Below are positions 18,490-24,317 of a stretch of 64,000 nt of DNA, in pieces. A program made the position numbers and the translations under genes. The notes beneath the pieces were generated by a model. It was not told the origin of the DNA and searched no databases. It saw only the letters and a program-made list of their open reading frames with translations. Positions within the stretch are counted from its first letter, which is position 1. The number at the start of each line of letters is the position of its first letter. This DNA is from an uncultured Slackia sp. (GTDB taxonomy: Bacteria; Actinomycetota; Coriobacteriia; Coriobacteriales; Eggerthellaceae), in the NCBI GenBank assembly GCA_934661005.1, contig CAKUIK010000003.1:998-64997 (forward strand). The letters are read 5' to 3'.

Positions 18490-19377
18490 CTAACGATTTA
18501 CTCGTTTCGTGTGGAGCGCATCGATGACCTTGTCGGCGCTTGCGTCGATAAGAATCGATTGGTGTTCGATTTCGACAGGCGCCACCGCTTCGCCGAGATT
18601 CACGCAGGCGTACGTGGCATGTTGGTTTTCGGCGGCCATTTGCCAAAACGGATACTTGATGATGCCGGGCGTGTTGCCGCCGACGCCGAATTCCAAAAAG
18701 AGCGTTCGCATGCCTTTGTGTCGATGAAGGAAATCGCGGTATCGATTGGCGGCGGCGTGCCAGCCTTCGTCTTCGACGAAGGTGCCATCGGAGCGAAGGT
18801 TCATTGTTGCGTGTGATCCACAATGGGGGCAATAGGGCACAAGCTCGCTTGGTATACGCATGTTGTCTTGTTGATCCACCATGGCTAGAACGCTCTCCTC
18901 GTTGCTCCAGGTTTTTTGGCAGCACGGGCGGCTGCATTGGAAGAGGCCGTAATCGCCTTGCGTATAGAACAGGCGATGCTTGTCGAACCCCGCGCGTTGG
19001 AAGCAGTGATCGACGTTGGTGGTGAGCACGAAGTAATCGCGGCCGCGCATGAGTTCGAGCAGCTGCTCATAGACAGGCTTTGGAATTGGGTCGAAACGGT
19101 TGCACGCGATGTATCGGCTCCAAAACGCCCAATACTATTCAAAAGTTTTATAGGGATAGAATCCGCCTGCATACATATCGGTAAAGCCATATTTCGCGGC
19201 GAAATCGCCAAAAAGGCGCTCGAAACGTTCGCCTGCATATGTGTAGCCCGCTGCGGTGGAAAGTCCTGCGCCCGCGCCTATTACAACGGCGTCTGCCGAC
19301 TCAATCGCGTTTTGCAGTTTATCGATTTGTTCCGAGAAGCTCTTGGTAGATTGCTTCGTTAGACGGGAGAAATACAT
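18490..19377 (-). pseudogene. SIR2-family protein of the macrodomain-linked SirTM type, interrupted by one in-frame TAG (19135-19137)
   Basis: Track ORFs 19135..19377 (AVVIGAGAGLSTAAGYTY...YPYKTFE*) and 18490..19050 (DYFVLTTNVDHCFQRAGF...TQGDYGLFQCSRPCC...CPHCGS) are in the same frame. The 28 codons between them (YWAFWSRYIACNRFDPIPKPVYEQLLEL) are open. Confidence 0.8.
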
Positions 19378-20104
19378 CGAATATCACCTTGAGATGGGGG
19401 TCGTTTTCCTGTAGGTAGCCAGTGACGGTATCGAGGGCGATGCGCGCTGCGTCGCGTTGGGGATAGCCGAACACGCCTGTTGATATGCAGCAGAATGCGA
19501 TGGTGCCCAAATGGCGCTCGGTTGCCGCGGTAAGGCATCGCTCATAGCACTGGCGAAGCAGCAGCTCATCGGTATTGCTTGGGCGGGCGTTTGCGACGAT
19601 GGGACCCACGGTGTGGAACACGAAGCGGCTCGGCAAGTTGAATGCGGGCGTGACTTTCACGCGGCCTGTTGGTTCGGGGTGCCCCTGGGAGCACATGAAC
19701 TTGGCGCACGCGATGCGCAGTTGCATGCCGGCGAAAGTGTGAATAGCGTTATCGATGCAATGGTGTCCGGGCGCGAAGCACCCGAGCATCTGATCATTCG
19801 CGGCGCTGACGATGGCATCTGCGGCAAGAAGCGTGATATCTCCGCGCCAGAGGGCAATGCGGCCGCGATAATCGAGCGTTTGTGCGCTTGTCGCGCCTCC
19901 GCGCTCAATAAGGCGTCGTTGCAGGTAAGCGTCTTGGACGGCGAGCATATCGGGCATTAGGGCTTCTGGCATGCGCGTATTCATGAGCGCCCGCAGCAGT
20001 TCTCGCTGTTTTGTTTCTTCCTCGGGGATTTTCGCCAAGGAAGATTCTCCGCGTTCCTCGAGAAGAGCCCTGATTAAAAAGAGCCTGCGTTGCGCCTGAT
20101 TCAT
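19319..20104 (-). CDS. Macrodomain protein (protein-ADP-ribose hydrolase type)
   Basis: RIALWRGDITLLAADAIVSAANDQMLGCFAPGHHCIDNAIH...VFHTVGPIV. ATG 20104 shares one base with the rSAM stop (TGATG). Confidence 0.85.
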   Translation of the reverse strand: MNQAQRRLFLIRALLEERGESSLAKIPEEETKQRELLRALMNTRMPEALMPDMLAVQDAYLQRRLIERGGATSAQTLDYRGRIALWRGDITLLAADAIVSAANDQMLGCFAPGHHCIDNAIHTFAGMQLRIACAKFMCSQGHPEPTGRVKVTPAFNLPSRFVFHTVGPIVANARPSNTDELLLRQCYERCLTAATERHLGTIAFCCISTGVFGYPQRDAARIALDTVTGYLQENDPHLKVIFDVFLPSNEAIYQELLGTNR

Positions 20105-21150
20105 CAGCCTAGATCCTTCCAACATTGCGGGTCGGCATCGTACATGTCGCCCGTGTAGCCAAACGTGACGGCGGGGCATCCGCGACACCAGTCGAACAAC
20201 TCGCACGTTGAGCATTTTTTGAATTTCTTGAATTCGCGCTTGGCTTCCATCGCAGGCGAGAAGAACAGACTTTCGAGCGTGTTCTCTGCTACATTTCCGA
20301 TCTTGCTTTCCATGCGGCGGCAGGCGTACACGTCGCCCGTGGGCAGCACGGTCATGTGGCCCGTTCCGCAGTGACATCCGTCGTATATCATGCCCGGTTT
20401 GGCGTCTTTAGGAATGGCGAAGCGTCCCTGTTCCCATAAAAGCAACGTCCATAGATGGTCTTTGAGCTGGAAGAACGTTTTGCAACCACGTGATTGGTGA
20501 TAATCTATGCGCTCTTGCGCCGCAAGGAGTACGTTGCGATATTCCAGGGGTTCCATATGGAACTCGTCGCGCGCCTGGCCCGAGGTGGGGCAGTAGCGCC
20601 CGAAGGCGAACACATCGACCTCGAGGCTTGCCACCAAATCGATGAGCTTCGGAAGCTCGTGCGCGTTCGTGCTCGAAACGGTATTCATGATGGCGACCCA
20701 AATGCCTGCGCGCTTGAGGCATTCAATGGCGCGCAGCGTATCGGCGAACGAGCCGGGCTTACGGAAATAATCGTGCGTAGCATCGAGCCCGTCGAGTGAG
20801 AGCTGGTATTTGCGGCAGCCGAGTTCTTTCATGCGACGGCAGGTTTCGTCGTCCAAATGGAAGGGATTGCCCATGACGCACCACATGAAACCACGTTCAT
20901 GCAAAAGCTCCGCTAGCCGCCAGAAGTCGGGGTGCAAGATGGGGTCGCCACCAGTCACGTAGAAATAGGGCTGTCGATTGAGCTTTTCGCAAAGCTCCTC
21001 GGCTTGATCGACGACTTCCTCCATTTGGCTCCACGGCATGCGCGTGAATCCAGCGCAGTCGCCGTTGGCGAAAATGTAGCAATGCTTGCAGCGCTGGTCG
21101 CATTCATCGGTGATGTGCCATTGAAATGCAAATGCGGGCTTGGGGGCCAT
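20104..21150 (-). CDS. Radical SAM enzyme with C-terminal SPASM domain; no N-terminal RRE domain
   Basis: CDQRCKHC (C-x3-C-x2-C) at residues 17-24. SPASM Cys pattern CHCGTGHMTVLPTGDVYAC...CSTCELFDWCRGC...QCW. 348 aa. GAAAGGA RBS. Confidence 0.9.
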   Translation of the reverse strand: MAPKPAFAFQWHITDECDQRCKHCYIFANGDCAGFTRMPWSQMEEVVDQAEELCEKLNRQPYFYVTGGDPILHPDFWRLAELLHERGFMWCVMGNPFHLDDETCRRMKELGCRKYQLSLDGLDATHDYFRKPGSFADTLRAIECLKRAGIWVAIMNTVSSTNAHELPKLIDLVASLEVDVFAFGRYCPTSGQARDEFHMEPLEYRNVLLAAQERIDYHQSRGCKTFFQLKDHLWTLLLWEQGRFAIPKDAKPGMIYDGCHCGTGHMTVLPTGDVYACRRMESKIGNVAENTLESLFFSPAMEAKREFKKFKKCSTCELFDWCRGCPAVTFGYTGDMYDADPQCWKDLG

Positions 21151-21213
21151 GGGTAATCCTTTCTATAAAGGAGGGTTTTATGAGTTTGGGGCGCGGGTGT
21201 TGAGCGGGCGTTG

Positions 21214-21825
21214 TTAGAGGCGCTCGATGGCGTCGGCGGGGCAGTTTTCGGCGCACGAGCCGCAGTGCAAGCAATGATTCTGTTGGATGCGGTACATATC
21301 TCCAGGCGTGATGCACTTTTGAGGACAGTGCTTCAAGCATGTGCCGCAGCCAATGCAGTCATCGGTTATTCGGTAGCCTTTGGCGGAAGGGGGCGTGCCG
21401 TCGAGCATATACACCGCACGCTCGATGGGATGGGTTCCGAGGTTGAAGTAATCGATTGCGATGTTGCTCACCTTGAAGATGATGCCGATATCGCGCGTGT
21501 CACCTGGATATACGTTGGAGAGGTAGGGCTGTTCGGAAAAAATTACGTCAATCCACTTTTTCTGCTCATTTTGCGGCGCGGGTTTGGTTGCGCCGCTCAT
21601 GCGAATCATTTCGTTGAAGCGCGTGTGCACGAGCGTTTGGATTCTGCCGTCCGCCAAAAGCTGCTGAGTCATTTCTTTGCCACGAGCAGTAAAGAAATAG
21701 ATGGCATCGGGCTCGTAATGAACGGCGCTCACGCAGCGAATTTGAGGGGCGCCGGTTGCGTCGGTCGTTGCGAGCGAAAGCGTTCCAGCGAGTTTCATTT
21801 TTGCGAGACAGGTTTGCGCGTCCAT
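21214..21825 (-). CDS. PNPOx-like FMN-binding split-barrel domain fused to a 2x[4Fe-4S] ferredoxin domain
   Basis: The N-terminal ~140 aa are PNPOx-like (LSLATTDATGAPQIRCVSAV...IYFFTARGKEM). The C-terminus has CIGCGTCLKHCP and CLHCGSCAENCP. AGAAAGGG RBS. Confidence 0.7.
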   Translation of the reverse strand: MDAQTCLAKMKLAGTLSLATTDATGAPQIRCVSAVHYEPDAIYFFTARGKEMTQQLLADGRIQTLVHTRFNEMIRMSGATKPAPQNEQKKWIDVIFSEQPYLSNVYPGDTRDIGIIFKVSNIAIDYFNLGTHPIERAVYMLDGTPPSAKGYRITDDCIGCGTCLKHCPQKCITPGDMYRIQQNHCLHCGSCAENCPADAIERL

Positions 21826-21850
21826 TACGAGCCCTTTCTACGAGGATTGA

Positions 21851-22078
21851 TTACTGAGCGTCGGCGGTGCCGCAGGCGGGCGCAGCCTTCGGGTCGGCGG
21901 TGCCGCAGGCGGGCGCAGGGTCAGCGGAGCCGCAGGCGGGTGCGGCCTTCGGATCGGCGGTGCCGCAGGCGGGCGCAGGCTCGGCGGTGCCACATGCGGT
22001 GCCGCAAGCAGGAGCCGCTTTGGGGTCGGCGGTGCCGCAAGCGGCGAAGGCGGCGACGTTGGAGAGGTTCTCGGACAT
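21851..22078 (-). CDS. 75-aa Cys/Asp-repeat peptide; candidate RiPP precursor (ranthipeptide-like, six C-x3-[D/E] motifs)
   Basis: MSENLSNVAAFAACGTADPKAAPACGTACGTAEPAPACGTADPKAAPACGSADPAPACGTADPKAAPACGTADAQ. GAAAGGA RBS 6 nt before ATG 22078. First gene of the rSAM array. Embedded in track ORF 21851..22171. Confidence 0.7.
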   Translation of the reverse strand: MSENLSNVAAFAACGTADPKAAPACGTACGTAEPAPACGTADPKAAPACGSADPAPACGTADPKAAPACGTADAQ

Positions 22079-22330
22079 GGTGATTCCTTTCGACGTGACG
22101 CATCGGAGGAGGCGTCGTGATGAAGCGCGTTTTCGCGCATGGCTATCATCCGAAAAAGTGAATTCATGCAAAAGAAGGCACTAAACTATTACCCGCTTAC
22201 CAAAAGGTAAGTAGGTGCAATTTCGTTAGCGGCTGCGATAATGGAATCGCTTCGTGGGCAGGTGCGATTTGGCCGCGCGAAAAGCCTCGCCCAATAATGT
22301 GGTGCCGCGAATATGCGAGAAAGGATTGGC

Positions 22331-22663
22331 ATGCTTACCAAGGAAGAACTGCCCCCGTGCCCTGTTGCCACGTGCTTTCAGCTGTTCGGCAACAAATGGA
22401 AGATTTATATCATTCAGCAGCTCATAGACCAGCCGTATGGCTTCAATGCCTTGCAGCGGGCCATTCCTGGCATCAGCCAAAAGGTACTCTCGTCCAATCT
22501 CAAAGAAATGGAGTCGGCGGGCCTTGTCACTCGTACGGTGATTCCCGAAACGCCCATTCGTACGGAATATGCGCTTTCTGACGTTGGTAAGAGCCTTCTG
22601 CCCCTGATAGATTCCATGGTCGAATGGGGAACGGGGTACCAGCGGCTTGTGCTTGAGGCATAA
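22331..22663 (+). CDS. HxlR-family (MarR-like winged helix) transcriptional regulator, divergent from the peptide/rSAM array
   Basis: [22 protein letters not shown]...[42 protein letters not shown] before ATG 22331. Confidence 0.85.
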   Translation: MLTKEELPPCPVATCFQLFGNKWKIYIIQQLIDQPYGFNALQRAIPGISQKVLSSNLKEMESAGLVTRTVIPETPIRTEYALSDVGKSLLPLIDSMVEWGTGYQRLVLEA

Positions 22664-22676
22664 AGGAGGCTTCATT

Positions 22677-23507
22677 ATGCTCACTGTTGGATGCCACTTG
22701 TCTACTTCGAAGGGCTTTGCCGCCATGGGGCGCACGGCGCTTTCCCTTGGCGCGAATACGTTCGCATTTTTCACGCGCAACCCTCGTGGCGGCTCGGCCA
22801 AGGCAATTGATGCGGCCGATGCCGCGGCATTGCGCGAGCTCATGGCTGAACACGACTTTGGCCCGTTGGTGGCGCATGCCCCCTATACGCTCAACCCTTG
22901 CTCGGCCAAGCCCGAGGCGCGCGAATTCGCTCGCATGTGCATGGCCGACGATTTGGTGCGTATGGAAGCCGTTCCGCACAGCTACTACAATTTCCACCCG
23001 GGCAGCCACGTGAAACAGGGCACAGAATGCGGCATTGAGCTCATTGCGGGCCTGCTCAACGAGGTGCTCGCGCCCGAACAAACCACTACGGTGTTGCTCG
23101 AAACCATGGCGGGCAAGGGTACTGAAGTGGGTCGCACGTTCGAGGAGCTTGCGGCGATCATCGAGCGCGTTGAACGCGCCGATCACGTGGGCGTGTGCCT
23201 CGATACCTGCCATGTATGGGACGGTGGCTACGATATCGTGGGCGACCTCGACGGCGTGTTGGAGGAATTCGATTGCGTGGTGGGGTTGCCGCGCTTGCGC
23301 GCAGTGCATATCAACGATTCGAAAAACTCATGTGGCGCGCACAAAGATCGCCACGAGAAAATCGGCCAAGGCTTCATCGGCGTAGAAGCATTCGAGCGCA
23401 TCGTGAACCACCCTGCGCTGCGCGAGTTGCCGTTCATTCTGGAAACCCCCAATGAACTGCCTGGCTATGCCGAGGAAATCGCTTTGCTGCGCAGCCTTGC
23501 CGAATAG
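22677..23507 (+). CDS. nfo: Endonuclease IV (deoxyribonuclease IV)
   Basis: MLTVGCHLS...[10 protein letters not shown]...NFHPGSH...[12 protein letters not shown]...[13 protein letters not shown]...HINDSK...[22 protein letters not shown]. Confidence 0.9.
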   Translation: MLTVGCHLSTSKGFAAMGRTALSLGANTFAFFTRNPRGGSAKAIDAADAAALRELMAEHDFGPLVAHAPYTLNPCSAKPEAREFARMCMADDLVRMEAVPHSYYNFHPGSHVKQGTECGIELIAGLLNEVLAPEQTTTVLLETMAGKGTEVGRTFEELAAIIERVERADHVGVCLDTCHVWDGGYDIVGDLDGVLEEFDCVVGLPRLRAVHINDSKNSCGAHKDRHEKIGQGFIGVEAFERIVNHPALRELPFILETPNELPGYAEEIALLRSLAE

Positions 23508-23593
23508 ACTTTAATAATAATCGAACGTATGTTTGGTATAATAAAGGAGGAGACTATTAGCAACGCTTGACGTTATTAACGCGAGGAGTTACT

Positions 23594-23875
23594 ATGATTG
23601 CATCGTTCGGGGATAAAGACACCGAAAAGCTCGCGCGAGGCATAAGGGTTCGACGTTTCGTTTCCTTCGAGAGAGTTGCCCTTCGCAAATTACGACAGCT
23701 TCAGGTTTCGGTATCTTTGGACGATTTGCGCATTCCTCCAGGAAATCGCCTTGAATCGTTGAAGGGCAATCTTGAGGGCTGGCACAGCATTCGAATCAAT
23801 GACCAGTTCAGAATCATTTTTCAATGGCAAGATGGAAATGCTGAACATGTGCAAATAGTTGACTACCATAGCTAA
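23594..23875 (+). CDS. higB: HigB toxin (RelE/ParE superfamily)
   Basis: MIASFGDKDTEKLARG...RKLRQLQVSVSLDDLRIPPGNRLESLKGNLEGWHSIRINDQFRIIFQW. Confidence 0.8.
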   Translation: MIASFGDKDTEKLARGIRVRRFVSFERVALRKLRQLQVSVSLDDLRIPPGNRLESLKGNLEGWHSIRINDQFRIIFQWQDGNAEHVQIVDYHS

Positions 23876-23888
23876 GGGGTGAAGCGAT

Positions 23889-24194
23889 ATGTCAGATTTT
23901 CTTGGCCCTGTGACTCCGGGCGAACTTTTGAAAGAGGAGTTTTTGGAGCCGATGGGCATTTCTCAATATCGCCTCGCGAAAGAAATCGGCGTGCCCGCGC
24001 AACGCATCGGCCAAATAGTTCTTGGCAAGCGTTCCATTACGGCCGATACCGATTTGCGCTTGTGCGCATTCTTCGGGCTGTCCGATGGCTATTGGCTGCG
24101 CGCGCAGGCTGCATACGATATCGAGATTGCTCGAAGGAAGATTGCTCCTGAGCTTAAGAAAATTCGTCCGTGGAATGCGGTGGCTGTGTTGTAG
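23889..24194 (+). CDS. higA: HigA antitoxin (XRE-family HTH)
   Basis: PGELLKEEFLEPMGISQYRLAKEIGVPAQRIGQIVLGKRSITADTDLRLCAFFG. Confidence 0.85.
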   Translation: MSDFLGPVTPGELLKEEFLEPMGISQYRLAKEIGVPAQRIGQIVLGKRSITADTDLRLCAFFGLSDGYWLRAQAAYDIEIARRKIAPELKKIRPWNAVAVL

Positions 24195-24240
24195 CCACTG
24201 TGCGTCGAATAGTTTTGCGCCAATTGATAGAAAGTCGCGT

Positions 24241-24277
24241 GAAGGGCTGCCATTGTGACGGCCCTTCGTTCGTTTCT
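24241..24277 (+). terminator. Stem-loop after higA
   Basis: GAAGGGC-13 nt-GCCCTTC followed by GTTCGTTTCT. Confidence 0.4.
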
Positions 24278-24317
24278 GCGCGATAATGGCCGCATTCATT
24301 TCGAAGGGGGACGTGTT

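Noticed and set aside
19135-19137. TAG read as pyrrolysine or programmed recoding
   Set aside because: No pylTSBCD-like genes or recoding signals are visible in the window. A simple GAG to TAG nonsense change, or a sequencing error, is more parsimonious. I kept it as a finding only as a possible pseudogene or polymorphism.
21851-22075. Tandem ~27-33-nt DNA repeats considered as a possible CRISPR-like array
   Set aside because: The repeats are contiguous, with no unique spacers. They are in-frame multiples of 3 and encode the peptide repeat. No cas genes are nearby.
21867-22184. Plus-strand 105-aa ORF with AGAAFGSAVPQAG repeats opposite the Cys-repeat peptide
   Set aside because: It is the mirror image of the repeat. 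It has no RBS and points against the operon. The minus-strand frame has a proper RBS, sits 25 nt upstream of the next gene in the array and yields the chemically meaningful C-x3-[D/E] motif.
24195-24317. SAM or cobalamin riboswitch, or T-box, upstream of metH
   Set aside because: Only about 120 nt are available, and they contain just one simple hairpin, which is more likely the higA terminator. No conserved riboswitch core strings were seen.
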